A DNA stretch of 63,991 nt, filler included, from Dugesia japonica (taxonomy: Eukaryota): the NCBI GenBank assembly GCA_001938525.1. It is 6 parts of 6 records of this genome, joined end to end, with 100 filler letters (N's around TTAATTAATTAA, not from the genome) between each part and the next. Parts side by side here need not be neighbours in the genome. Positions count along the whole stretch, not along the records: positions 32,193 to 40,910 come from MQRL01534341.1; positions 41,011 to 52,789 come from MQRL01588148.1; 4 more parts are not named here. One strand, 5' to 3'. Positions 38,170-51,679 of the stretch are shown here, one piece after another (position 1 is the stretch's first letter; every line of letters starts with the position of its first letter). Under the pieces are notes generated by a model. It was not told where the DNA came from, did no database searches, and saw only the letters and a list, made by a program, of their open reading frames with translations. A program made the position numbers and the translations under genes.

Positions 38170-39015
38170 TTGATTAAAATAGTCTTTTATCACTTGAAAA
38201 GCATTATATACATCCTTTTTAGTAACTTTTTCAATTTTAATTTCCATCATCTTCCGAAACTTCATCATTAACATTCTTATCAAAAGAAATATTATTTTCT
38301 ATAGCTACAACACTCAACAACACATCATTTTAATTAAAATCCAAACCATCAAATTCTTTTTCATTTACAGGATCTAAAATAGCAGCTTTGCGGATAAACT
38401 CATCAAACACATAAACTTCGTATTGATTATTAAAATCGACATTTTCTATTTTTCCATACCAATTGGCATGTTTGAAACAATTAACAATTGTAGAAGTTGG
38501 TAATTCATTCCAGGCAAAATAAGTTCAAACAATTGTATTCTTTATTGTAGGTTTTTTGTATGAATCAAAAACATTTTTTCCGATTTCAACTCGTTCAATA
38601 ATATCAGACAATTTTTTGTTGGTAAAATATGATTTAAAACACTTTATTATTCTTTGATTCAACTGTTGTAATGTTGTTAAATTTGCGGACAGAAACAAAA
38701 TTTATATTGATTTTAATTCAACATCAAGTCGATGAGAAGGACAATTATCAACAAACAACAACATTTTGTTTTTTGACTTACAAAGCTCCAAATCCCATTC
38801 CAACTGCCATTTATTGAATATTTTTGGTGTCGTACAAGTTCTTGATGAATTAACATATTTGACATATGCTTCTGTGGGGAATTTCTTAAAACAACTTGAT
38901 TTGGCGAACTTTCCGATCACTAAACGTTTAAGTTTTGTGGTTCCCTTCATATTTGCTCACAAAAGAATCGATATTCTATCTTGTAATATCTGGTATCCAT
39001 TTCTCACAATTAACA
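38170..39015 (-). mobile_element. Pogo/Tigger DDE_1 transposase, degenerate
   Basis: DRISILL.ANMKGTTKLK.LVIGK, LLFVDNCPSH, QQLNQRIIKCFK, AWNELPTSTIVNCFKHA. Confidence 0.88.
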
Positions 39016-39099
39016 AATAACAATTAAATATCAGAATAATAATAAATAATTACAAAAAATGTTGAAAATGGCTACCGTTTCCTTGGAAACACTTACGAA

Positions 39100-39920
39100 T
39101 GGGCCGACAAATTGTTAAAAAACATTTACAATGCTTCTGGCTGAATGACACTAATGTTATCTTTAATATATTCTTTAAATTCGTCAATGGTATGAAGAAT
39201 TGTAGCTAAATGGCGTTTTTTAATAACCAAAAAGAAAGAAGTCAAGCGGTGTTAGATCTGGAAAATTTTGGAGTCATTAGTCTCTTGTGATGATTCTATG
39301 ATAAAAAAAGTTTCACAGACATAGCATGTTATGCTGACTTGTGTAACAAGTGGCAGAATCGTGTTCAAGATCATAGTCATCCAGTTGTTTGGCAAATCGG
39401 TTAATGATAACACAGTAGCGCACATATGTTATTGTCTTTTCAGAAAATATTGGACTAATAATACAGCTGTGACAAAAAGCCATCCACATACCAATTTTCA
39501 CAGGATGTAGAAGTGACTCTACAAATTGATGGGGACTTTCTGTTAACTATTGTCTAAAGTTTTGAGCGTTCATGTAACCTGATAGATAAACAATTTCAAT
39601 ATTTTCAAATCATCTTATGATATGTCTCAACTGACAAACCAGTTTGGACTGTGTTCCTTTCGATCCCAGATATCATCAATATTTTCTTCAGTAAGTCGCC
39701 TTCTATTTGACTTTAACTTTACATTTCCAATTGATCTAGTCTTCTTAAACTTTGCCTCAAGTTTGTTGATAGCATTTCTTCATGGCACAAAATTAGGAAA
39801 TTGTTCACGGAATTGTTGTAAACAGGCATTATAAGAATAAATCCATCTTCCATTAACAAAAGAACCTGGTTTGAAATAATAATCTATCAGAAATGTGCGT
39901 TGTTGGTAGTCAAAACCTAT
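39100..39920 (-). mobile_element. Tc1/mariner-superfamily DD37D (maT-like) transposase, degenerate
   Basis: LHPVKIGMW, HDSATCYT, PDLTPLDFFLFGY; N-terminal FREQFP...KFKKTRSI. Confidence 0.75.
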
Positions 39921-40875
39921 GCTATTTGATAATCAGAAAAATAATCTAAAAAATTAGCAAAAAATAAATATGAATATGTCGGGAAACAATGTGATTCGTA
40001 GTCTACTAGCCCATCCCATCTTGCAACCAAGGATCCATTTAATCAACTTAATGCAATTAATTCACTAACTACAGTCACTTCCCTCAATCGAATTAATCCA
40101 CTTAAAATAAAAAGTACAACACTTAAATTTTATTTATTGGATACTAAAATTAAAATTTTAAATTACAATACTAAATTTCAAAATCTAAAATTCAAAACCA
40201 AAATTTATTTTACAAAACTAAATTAAAAAAAAAATTTTCAAAACTAGAGTAAAATTTACGCTACCAAATAAACAATATTGATGCATTTAAATAAAAATAA
40301 TTAATTAAAATTACTCGCTATAATTTTTCATACATTTAAACAAGAATTATTCCTGCGCGATTACTGGAAGAGAAAATTTTCTCATTCCTCCAGGTGGTAC
40401 TGCTCAATAAACAATTAGGTGATATAGTGCGCACCTGTCTTTTCCAGCAATTTGGTTGCTTAAAATCTTTCATTTTAATAATACTTACAGCAGTGTTTCT
40501 TAATCTTTTTGTTAAATGGATCCCTATTATATATTTTTGATAGTCGCGGACCCCCTGTTACAATATGTAAAACGAAAAAAAAATTAGAAAGACATCAATT
40601 ATTACAAAATATTTTATTTTATTATTTTATTTTATTAAGTTTTATTATTTTATTGCCTATAAAAATATATTAGTTCAAAAAAAATTATTTATATAAGAAT
40701 AAATATTGAATAAATTAAAAATTCAATTCCTGAAGAAGACTTAGCCGAAATATAGAATTATTTTCAAAATTCTGAATAAAAACAAATTTTGATCCAAACT
40801 TTTATTTTAAATGAATTTTGAAAAACGATCAATGGTTACATCCAACAATTATTTTCGTAATAATTGCAATTGTAA

Positions 40876-40876
<1 letters not shown>

Positions 40877-40910
<34 letters not shown>
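40877..40910. repeat. (AAT)n microsatellite
   Basis: Read directly. Confidence 0.9.
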
Positions 40911-41010
40911 NNNNNNNNNNNNNNNNNNNNNNNNNNNNNNNNNNNNNNNNNNNNTTAATTAATTAANNNNNNNNNNNNNNNNNNNNNNNNNNNNNNNNNN
41001 NNNNNNNNNN
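40911..41010. other. Synthetic scaffold linker
   Basis: N44-TTAATTAATTAA-N44. Confidence 0.97.
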
Positions 41011-41114
41011 AAACGTTGGTGGTTTAATTGCAGCTTATTTTTAAATTAGTTACTTGAAAATATATTTACTATTAATGGCAAAAACTAAATAATTGTTAAT
41101 ATTTTTTATGGAAA

Positions 41115-41546
41115 ATGACTGCTTATTTCAAGGCACATATTCCCTTGGTGCTATCCAATGACGGCGATGAAGGTACATTTTGGATCCCTTGGCGAAATGC
41201 AGTAGAGCTGCTGAACGAGCAAAAAGCTACCTACGAGAAGGAGAAGAAGGAGATGCAAGCGGGGCAGCAGGAGTTAATCAAACGTCACATCAAGTTATGG
41301 CGGCAATAGACCACAGTTAATAGAGAGAAGGAGGATCTGGCGATGAAACTGACACAGCGGGAGTCGAAAATTAAGAAAATTGCTAATGAATTCGCGTCGG
41401 TGACTTGGCATCTAATGGAGCATCGATTCGTGATGGAAAAGATCGAAGGACAGATCCTGGAGCAGATGATGGACGAGTCGGGAGCTGTGACCGAGGTCCA
41501 GGATCCGGTGATTGTGAAATCANNNNNNNNNNNNNNNNCCCAATAA
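41115..41546 (+). pseudogene. Coiled-coil protein with one internal stop
   Basis: GC-richer island; ORFs 41115-41309 and 41343-41546 are in frame; AATAAA at the end. Confidence 0.5.
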
Positions 41547-41859
41547 ATGTATTAATACGTGCCTCAGTTGTTATTATTGATTTAATTATTTAAAGTGATA
41601 TGTATGTCACAAATCTGGATTATTCATTGTAGCATGGGGTACAGAGACAATCGCGAGCTTTAATAAGTATTTAGTCTGTGTTCTCATTTTTTGCATAAAA
41701 GCGCAGTCGAAAAGCAAATTTTNNNGAACTGTAGTCGTAAAAATGTTTTGGTTTTTCTTTAAACATTATTTTAAACCTACAATTGTTTATTCTCGTAATA
41801 AATATCAATTACATTTCTGATGAAGATTCATTATAATTAATTTTCATAAACAACTTTAG

Positions 41860-42182
41860 TGAATAAATCGAATGAGGAACGGACATTGAAGAAAGACACG
41901 ACGGCCATGCAGCAAAGGTGGAAGGAGGAACGGAGAGAATTGAAAAACGAAATACTACGGCTGAAGGGACAAGTACAGAAGTCGGTGGGAAAATACAACC
42001 AGATCAAAGAAAAGGAGTTGTCCCTTCAGCACGCAAACCGATTAATGGCTGAGATCATCAAGACGTATGCGGATCAGGAAGGCTCCTTGTTTGTGTCTTT
42101 ACGAGCTATCTGGATGAATTATCGTGTACCCGAGCCATCCTGCGAAGCTATGGAACCAACCGTTGACTTGGATGCTGAATAA
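41860..42182 (+). CDS. Terminal exon of a coiled-coil protein, homologous to 24540-24859
   Basis: Acceptor ctttag|TG; IIKTYADQEG...VDLDAE*; AATAAA at ~42203. Confidence 0.55.
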
Positions 42183-44007
42183 CTGGCGGAAATGTATCTA
42201 TAAATAAAATTATTAACATCCCCGAGTTATTGTGTAATATAATTGTGTGTTTCAGTATGAGTAACAGTTTTCGAGTTACGATTTTAAATTTTATTGTTGT
42301 AATGTTGAGCCAAAAAAGATTACAGATATACGGGGTCACAGATTTTATGAGTAAGACGCGATACCGCAAAGTAGCGCTGGACCCGTGGAAAGAAAGGGGC
42401 ATGTCACAGAGGTGACATAAATACTTGTAATTTTTAGGTATGTCCCTAGATGCGTGGATAAAATCATGATTATTACAATGATATCAGATAATGTGGAGCT
42501 AAAATTAATTTTTTTTCTTTACACCAAATCCTAAAAACCCAACATATGTATTAGGTGTCTTAATAAGTTATTGCCGATTTTTAAAAAAAAATTAAAGTCA
42601 AAATTTTTAATTTTAGATATATTTATTCATCGAAATAGTATCCATCCAATTGTGTCAGTTTGTTCAATGATTTTGCAACTTAGTAATACAATTTTNNNNN
42701 NNNNNNNNNNNNNNNNNNNNNNNNNNNNNNNNNNNNNNNNNNNNNNNTTTAAATATCTTTTTCCTTAGATTTTTATCAAGATTAAAAACAAGTGAAAATC
42801 TTTTTGCGTCATTTTGTGTTTTTTGAAAGAGATGGAAAGTTTGCAAAAAAGGTGTATACATTTTACACAAACTGACTGACTTCACCTGTCATTGAGTTGA
42901 AGACGCATGCATGACACTACTGTCAAAAAGTGCCGTTATGAGTAGTTCAGCAAAGTGATCACTGTACGTAAAGAATAGTGTCGATTCCGTAACATTACAC
43001 TCAAAATAAGTCGGTTAGACAAGGATAAAACTCAAAATCTTCATCCAAAGTCTGATAAGAATCAAAATAAGATAATGGTTTGTGTGTAAGATGATATGAA
43101 AAGCATGAATTGTGGAAAAGTTTTGGCAAGCAATCTGTTTATCAATAATGAATTATACTGTGAACAACAACATTGGGTTGCAGATGACACTGCACAAAAG
43201 CCCCAAAATTGAATCATGTAATGCTTCTTCATTATAATGATTGACGACACGTTGCAAATTCCCGGAGAAAAACATCTGAATATATATATATATATATATG
43301 AGCCTGGTTTCTCCAATATGCTCCTTGTTTTTTCGTTCTTGAAATGTTCATCACGTTATAGCCCAACAAATATACAATTTTAGAAATAAGTTATAATATG
43401 TAGTAACTTTTATTTGGTTTGTTTTTAAATTTAATTTTCTACAAATTAATAAAAACTATATTTTAAATTTTAAATAGTATATGAAAATATGGACGTCGAA
43501 ATGATTGTGTTTGAAACCCAATAGACCAATGACGCCAGTACACTCATTAAAATTCAATGACCCCAATAAATTGATTACACTAAATTTACTTGTAATGTAT
43601 TAAAAATTGATAAATTATTAAATAAAAAAATTATTTAATTAAAATAAACAAGTAATTTGTTTTAGTAATAAAGGAGATTACTCTAAACGTTTATCTACAG
43701 AGCTATCTATTAGTTAATTCATTATTGATTGTTGAATCAGAAAAAATTGTTAGACTATATCCTGCAAGAATTTTAAAAATCAATAACTTTTACAAANTTA
43801 ACAGAGTTAATACAATGTAGTTATTAGTATTAATATGAATATTAATTAATATTAAATTAAAAGTTTCGATCAAAATGTTTTTAAATTTTTTAATAAGTTT
43901 TTTAGTTGTTAGTATTTCAAAGCTTCGACTTTTGTCTTCGAAATATTATATTAATATTAATATTAATATCATTGTTAATAAATAATGAAATCAAATAAGT
44001 TTATTTA

Positions 44008-45269
44008 TTAGATAGTTGCATTAAATCTCGCTGTTTGTATTAATTAACTAACTTAGTAAATATTTCGGCGATAATTTAAATCAATCGGTAAGATTTGTTA
44101 AGTATTAATATATAAAAGTTAAAATAATGGTATATTACTTAGTTAAGTAGTACAGCAAACAAAAATCGATCCAATTAATATGATTCGTTTTATTTCAAAA
44201 AACGCACATTTGTAGGAAGCGCTGCTTTTTTGTTTTCATCTCAAAAGAAGTGCTGCAGAAGTCAAAAAATGCTTTCAGAAGCTTAAAAAACTCATGCTTT
44301 GTCTGAAACATGCTGTCCAGAATGGATTCGGCAATTAAGAATGCGTGACTTTGATTTGAAGGATAAACCACGCCCAGGTCAACCAAAACGCTTTCCAGAT
44401 GAAGATTTAGAAAAGGTTTTGATCAAAGATCAATCCGAAACAATGGCCAGAAATCATTAATGTAAATAAGTCTAACATAAACAGACGATTAAAAGCCATT
44501 GGATACAAAGAGAAAGTCGGTAAATGGTTGCCTCATAAATTGAAAGAAGCAGATATCGCAAAACAATTAAACGATTGTCAGACGCTGCTCAGCAGGCAAA
44601 GGAAAATGTTCTTTTTACATCGCAATGGCTACTTGTTATGAAAGATGGATTTCTTATGAAAATCTGAAACTAAGAAAATCATGGGTGAAGCCTGGTCAAT
44701 CCGGAAAATCAACACCAAAACGAGACTTGCATGGAAACAAGGTGATGCTATCCATTTTTTTAGGATCAAAGGTGGATAATTTTTTTTGAGCTTCTGAACA
44801 AACGTGAAACGGTTGATGGTCGGTGTTATCAACAACAATTCATAAAATTTCGGCAAGCATTGCATGAGATGGTGTTGTTACAGCATTATAATGCTCGACC
44901 CCACACTTCGATTTTAATGATAAATACGATAGCAGAATTCAGACGGGAAGTTTTATCGCACCCCCATACTCACCAGACATTGCACCAAGTGATTACCACC
45001 TTTTTCGCTCAATGCAACATGGCCTTTGTGAACAGCACTTCAACAATCATTATGATGTATGGAAATAGCTTCACTATTGGGTAAATGCCAAGGAAGAAAA
45101 TAGTTTTTACCGTGGAATTCATTTTTTGCCAGGAAGGTTTGAAAATGTTGTTAGCAATGATAGACACTACTTTGAATGAGATGTTATGTAAAAATAAATG
45201 TATTTAGAGTTTATATTTACATTTCTTCTTATTATTCAAAAAACAGTGAGAATTAATGCAACTACCTAA
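44008..45269 (+). mobile_element. Full-length degenerate mariner (DD34D), 1262 bp
   Basis: TIRs TTAGATAGTTGCATTAAATCTCGCTGTTT and AAACAGTGAGAATTAATGCAACTACCTAA, both flanked by TA; WLPHKL, HYNARPH and YSPDIAPSDYHLF motifs. Confidence 0.95.
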
Positions 45270-47294
45270 TATATTGTAATTAATTTACTTTATGGTAATT
45301 TATAATGAATTATTTTGTTTAAGAAATAAAATTTGAATTCAAATTTTATTTGGCCAGGTTTTTTGAAGTTTTATGTATAAATTATAATATGTAATAAAAA
45401 AATTTCAAATTTATAATTTAAAGAAAGAAATCAATTCTTACATATAAAATTAGAAATATCCGAAAATTGTTTTAAAAACAGCTTTGCCATTCAAATTTGT
45501 TTTAAATAAATATTTTTTTCTAAGAAAATTAATTAAAAATTACAACTTCAAATATCAATATATTTATTAATATTTACCATTAGACGAAGAGGCATTTTTT
45601 CAGTGACAGTCGAAAGATTACAAAATATCAATAATTAATTTACTTGAGATCAAAGACTATTTTCTATCTATCACATTTTTAATGAATTAAATATTTTTAA
45701 GAAAATTTTATTGCATTTATGAAATATTTATCAATTTCTATAAATTCAAAATTACCAAAAATATTTAGAAATTATTTTGATACAATAAAAATACACAATC
45801 CTTTTTTTCTAAATATTTGAATTATTTATAAAAATAATAGATCTTTTTCAACTAATAGAAATATTTAAATAAAATTCAAAATAATTGAAAAAAAATAAAA
45901 TTCCTTTTTTTTGATAAGGAAAGTTTGTCAAGAATGCAGAATTTAAAAAAATAATATACAGTTACAAGATATTTACAAGGGGCGCTGACGAGACCGAAAT
46001 TTAATTTTCTTGAAGATGATATATATTTCATTTAATATAAAAGCTTAGATCAAAATTTAGGTTTTAATTATTGATATTGGATAACAAATCGANNNNNNNN
46101 NNNNNNNNNNNNNNNNNNNNNNNNNNNNNNNNNNNNNNNNNNNNNNNNNNNNNNNNNNNAATTATTCTCGCAATAATTGCAATTGTAAAATATGATATAT
46201 ATTTGTGAAATTTTGAAAAACATTTCAAAATAATTTGAGAATTTATATTTTATTATTGGTTTTTTAAAATTTTATTACATTTAAATTTAAACAAATATTT
46301 TGAAAAATTAATTTCGATAATAAAAATTTATTTTCAATTGCAAAGATCAAAACGATGTTTTTCTATTTTCATAGATGGTTCAATATTTCGGCTATGCTTT
46401 CTTTGATGTAAAAAGAAATTTAAATTTAAAATTTGAACAAATATTTGAAAGAAATTTTTTTGTCTTTTGATTTTTGACTTTATATAGGTTTGAAAATTTT
46501 AAAAAAAATTTATTATTTTAATAAAATAATAATTTAAATTATCTAAAGCAGGAGTGGGAAATTGATTTGATTCGTAGTCCATATTGATACTTCAGAGACA
46601 AGCTACGGGCCGCAAATAAAAAATGTTAAGTACCCATATAATTTGTATTTTACAAAAGCTATAAAAAGTTAATATTAAAAGAAAAGATTCTTAAGTAAAT
46701 AAAAAACTAATAATGGTGATAAATTATTTTATAGAAGAAATTGTGAATTTATAAGCCGTAATAGCATTAGAAGAAAACTGAACAAATAATCAATTTGCGA
46801 AATAAATCGTTAAAATAATTTTCCAGCAAAATAATCTAATGAAGGGAACGAGAATTAAAGGAAGGACACATCTGGATCAACAATATGAAAAGAGGGAATA
46901 AATAAATAAATTAAATTTAGGATAAATTATTTAATTGGAAAAAAATTAATAAGTAGGTAGATAGTAGCGTACTGTCTCACTTCCCCCCCGCTGACGTAAA
47001 ACATTACTGCGTAAGTGAGGCATAAATTTTCAAGCTTTTTAAGCGGCGGTACACATTGGTGTGCATTACATAATTGAATTTCGTCGCGATATTATTACGT
47101 ACGTGAGCTACAATTTTCCTTTGTATTTAGTTGAAAGAAAAATTTAAGTGCGATTACACAAGTTGTGCTCGTATTTTAAAGAATTTGCTGAATTATTTTC
47201 AAATTCTAAGCTTTTTAAGTGGCAATATTTTATGTGTTTTCTAAGCGGTAATATTTTAAAAGATTTGTAGTTGGGAAAAACTTTCTATGGGATT

Positions 47295-47525
47295 TTACTG
47301 GAATCTGGATAAACAAACCAAAACATTTTGATCAATTCGGTCAATGTTTTGTTACGTGAAGTTGAATCTGGCTAATTTTGGTGGGTTTTAGGACAATTCG
47401 GTCAAAAATTTCAAATAATTGGTCGCATTTGTCTAATTTTGGATGATCTTTAGATAGATTTAGTTAAATATTTTCATCTGCGATGTCGAATCTGGTTAAT
47501 TTAGGTCGATTTTTGATAAATTTCG
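47295..47525. repeat. Degenerate ~60-bp tandem repeat
   Basis: Recurrent GAATCTGG.TAATTTTGG and CAATTCGGTCAA. Confidence 0.55.
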
Positions 47526-48199
47526 TAGTAGATAAATAGTGGTGCAATGGATCACTCAAATTCATCAATTTTTAAAATTATCATTAAAACGAAGAAATAC
47601 ATGTTATGATAACAAACCTGATATCCCTGGACTCGTAAAAGCTTGAAAATCAAAAATGTTTTCTCAGAATTCAAGTCTGATGTGTAAGTCACGAGGTATT
47701 AAAGATTAAGTATTTAAATGTTTAAAAACCATACCCAGTCTCAAAATTTTATCACCTGGACTTGAATTTGATATTATTAAGTACGCAATTAAAATCTATC
47801 TATACATTGTCTAAAGGGTTAATATCGAAAAATGCATACTTTAAAAGAAAATGACACAAGAAAGAACAAAGGTTTTTTAAAAAATATTTTAAAAATGAAT
47901 TTTTATCATCACCTCTTAATAAAAATGAATCATATTTAGTATCATTAGAATGTTAATAGGATGATAAATACATCTGTCATGTTTTCAAATCAGTTTAAAG
48001 AATAGGTTGCGAGATTTTTTCCATTTAGAATTTAAAGTCGAATTTAACATGAATGAATTATCTACTTACAAATTATAAATATAATACATTTATATTAAAA
48101 AGATTATGAATAATTTTAAAATGCCTTTATGTTGCATTTATGTTGCATTTGAAATATTTAATCATATAAATGAACACACATACAACATATATGAGTACT

Positions 48200-48740
48200 T
48201 TGTTAGATTTTCATAGACGTCTATGTAAATTTTGTAAAATTTCACTGACTTCTATTGAATTATTAAAAGCTGTCACTGGCTTCTATATAATTTATAATAA
48301 ACTGTAATGACTTCTATGTAATTTTAGAAATATTTACCAGCATCTATATGTTTAATTACTCTATAGAATTTAGGTGTGATTTATAAGACACTATTTGATG
48401 TTTTTTGTGTATTTTTAAGTATTTAATGTAATTATTAGTTATATTGCATGTATTATATGTCTCCATTTTGTTTATTGTGTGTATAAGGTCCTGTTAGATT
48501 TCTGTGGATAAGACCATATTCGGTTTATTGCGGTTCGTTAAGAAACTTTATTGGGTTTAAAATGTGCATAATACCCATTGGTTTCCTATGTATATGAACC
48601 TATTGAGTTTATTGTGTGTAATTATTAGACTTTATTGGGTTAAAGACACTTTATTAGATATATTGTGTAAATGACCCATTAGTTTTCAGTGTATAAGATT
48701 CTTTTAAATTCATTGTGTACAAGACCCTGCTGGGTTTTAA
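48200..48740. repeat. Degenerate ~30-bp minisatellite
   Basis: Recurrent TATAAGACxxTATTGGGTTTATTGTG and GACTTCTAT units. Confidence 0.5.
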
Positions 48741-48892
48741 CCATTTTTACATTTACAACCAGATAAAATTGTAAGCTTTTAATCTTTTTAAAAATAATAG
48801 TTCATTTTTGTTTTAATTAATGAATTTACTTATTTAATGTTTTTAATATTATTTTTTTTATTAAATTCTAATAGATTAATTTACATATTAAG

Positions 48893-48971
48893 GTGTTTGT
48901 ATTACTGTTAGCGTCTTCACATTAGTAACGATCTCCTTGGAACGCTATTTTGCCATAGTTCGTCCGTTACG
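48893..48971 (+). CDS. Exon of a rhodopsin-class (class A) peptide GPCR: TM3 and ERY motif
   Basis: AG|...|GTAAGT boundaries; encodes VCITVSVFTLVTISLERYFAIVRPLR. Confidence 0.9.
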
Positions 48972-49379
48972 GTAAGTTATTTAATTATTGATATTTTTAT
49001 TTTTTTAATTTTTCATAATATTAAAGATGTATAAATTTGAAATCAAAATTTTGTTTTATTAATTAGAAATGCAAATAATAAATTTAATGAATAAAACTAA
49101 ACTTTTATTAATTTAAGCATATCAAAATTAAAAACTGACTTGGTATAAAATTGCTTGTTTAAAAGGTTTAAATTGCTTGTAAATTTATTATTTTGCTTCA
49201 TTTTAATAATTTGAAAATCTTACTAAATCTATATGGGTTTCTAAATGTTTTATAATACAACTTAATTTTGTTTTCCTTCATCATTGTTATTAGCCAAATC
49301 CATAAGTAATTTCATAAAATAAATTCTGACAAAAAAGAATTTAATTTTTTCTCATGTCTTCTGATAAGTCAAATCATGG

Positions 49380-49975
49380 AAAAACCGCTTCATACGGAAA
49401 ATATCTGTGTCTGGATAGGATTTAATTCCTAATTCGTTTTATAACCATTTTTCGTCTATGAAACAATAAATAAGAATAATTACCTTGAGATGTCGAAAAA
49501 TGTAGTTCGGTCTGAACTTATAAAAAGAAAATTAATGAAATCAACGTACTTCATGCAGGATGCAGCACTCCCGCATTATGCCAATGATGTCCGAAATTTT
49601 TCAAATAAAACATTTAGTGCGCACAAGATCATATTCAGTGGATGTGCCCAAAATTGGCCTTTTCATTCACCAGACTAGACACCAGTTGATTATTGGTTTT
49701 GAGGTTCACTTAAGACAAGTATTTTCCATTACCAAAAGCCAAAAAGTATTATGGAACTCGAAAACCGAATAAAAGAAGAATGTTCCCGTATTGCTCCTGA
49801 AGAGCCACAAACTGCAATATTGTCGTTCCCACAAAGAATTTATTTGATGCTATCTGTAGAAGAAAAGAACATGTAAAAGGAAAACCTAGTGTATTCGACT
49901 TATTAAACACATTACTAGTCATTAATAATATAAAATTTTTGTCCATTTTATTCATCGTTTACTTTTCCCCTGTAT
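49380..49975 (+). mobile_element. DD37D-type transposase 3' fragment with TIR end
   Basis: PLHTENICVW, FMQDAALPHY, WPFHSPD*TPVDYWF; ends ...CCCTG|TA. Confidence 0.8.
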
Positions 49976-50069
49976 ATAGTAAATTTTTATTCCTAAATTT
50001 TTATTATTGCAACTTAATCAATTTTATAATTGTTTAAATTTTAAATTCCTTTATATTATTTTATCTGTA

Positions 50070-51340
50070 AAAACATTGGTAATTTTTGTTCACCAATTAT
50101 TCTAAATATTTCAGTGATCCAATATTTCAGAATCCAATAAGTTTTGTTAAATAAATGCTATCAGAAAAATTAGGGTCTAATTTTGAAGGATTGATATATT
50201 AATAAGCCTTAGAGCAATGAACTTTTCATTAAAGTGAAAGAATACATCTCTGAAGAAGACAAAGATATTCAGAAAAATCTAATTAAATCAATTTACAGAA
50301 AACACTGCAATCATTTATTTTTAGAAGGTCATTGGATATACATTGAATATGATGAGTTTAGTAAGATTTCAGTACCAAAAATGAAATAAACTACTTTGTT
50401 AATAACGTACACAAAGATTTATGTCATTTTGGCATGAAGGAAACTATAAAATTTGTATCAAATTATTTCTTTCGGTAAAATATGATAAAAGATATTGAAA
50501 ATATTAACGACAATATTAATTTGGCATACGCATGAAAATAAGTAGTGAAAAATTTCAAGAGAAATTTATTAATCGCGAAGTTAGTAATCCTATGGAACAA
50601 ATCGTTGTAAATATATAATATATGGATATTGGTTGATCAAATTAAAGAAATATTATTGTTATCATCGATCAATTCAGTAAAAGGATTAGTTTTACTGCAA
50701 CAAACAATCAGAATGAAACGCCGTAAAAAGCAATCTATTAAACCGCTGGATTTGTAAATTTGGAAAACTAGAAAAATCGTGTTTCTTCGCGGTAAATTAT
50801 TTAAAGCGCAATTATCAAAAATTCTAGCTATTATGCTTAATATTTCATTGATATTTACGTCTCCATATGACCACAAATCTAATGGATTAGCTGAATGAAC
50901 AATCAAAACCGTTTGAAACTTGAGAGTGACTTCAATGAAAGTGGGAAAGGATTAAAAGTCTCAAGATGAGCTTCTATCTTAAGTGAAAATTGCAAACAAT
51001 TGTACAGTATCAAAGTAAATGGAATTCTTGACAATGGAAATCATTTATAGGAAGAAGATAAATATACACACAAATCAGGAACACAACTTTGAAGAGGACA
51101 AGATTATAAATAAAGCTTTCAATAATATTAAATGAGCATTGCAGACCATGATAAATTATGGAAAATCCCATAAGAGTCGCAAATTCGAAGTAGATGACGA
51201 CGTATTAGTAAGAAAAGTACATAAAAATGGAAGAAGGACGATTTACTCTATGAAGGCACTTATAAAGTTTCTGAATTTCTAACACTTCACCAGATATAAT
51301 GGAATCGAATGGTTAAAAAGATGCAGAAGGGTAGAAATTG
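50070..51340 (+). mobile_element. Gypsy integrase region (family B), degenerate
   Basis: VHKDLCHFGMK zinc finger, IIDQFSK, SPYDHKSNGLAE; related to 53780-55209. Confidence 0.8.
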
Positions 51341-51679
51341 GATTTTTTAAAAAACTATATATCTGTTTAATATTGTATTTATTGATATTTCCAATTATTA
51401 AATAAATTTGAATGGAAATTAAGAACCCAATAAGATTAATACCAATAGCTGTATGTGACTGTTGACTTTACATTTGTTAGGTAAATCTTCAAAAAATAAT
51501 TGATTTTTCAAATCGCAACAATATATTTCAGACATTTTTATTTCCACTTATTATAACTATTAATATAACTATGAAAATATATTATAAACATTTTTAAATT
51601 AGAAGCTAAAATATTATTTAAGATACTTTCAACAATATCTTGAAATTATTTTAATTATTATTTATTTCCTTACACCCAC

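Noticed and set aside
45980-46002. CTGACGA-GACC-GAAA hammerhead-like core
   Set aside because: No stem II can form and there is no supporting stem I.
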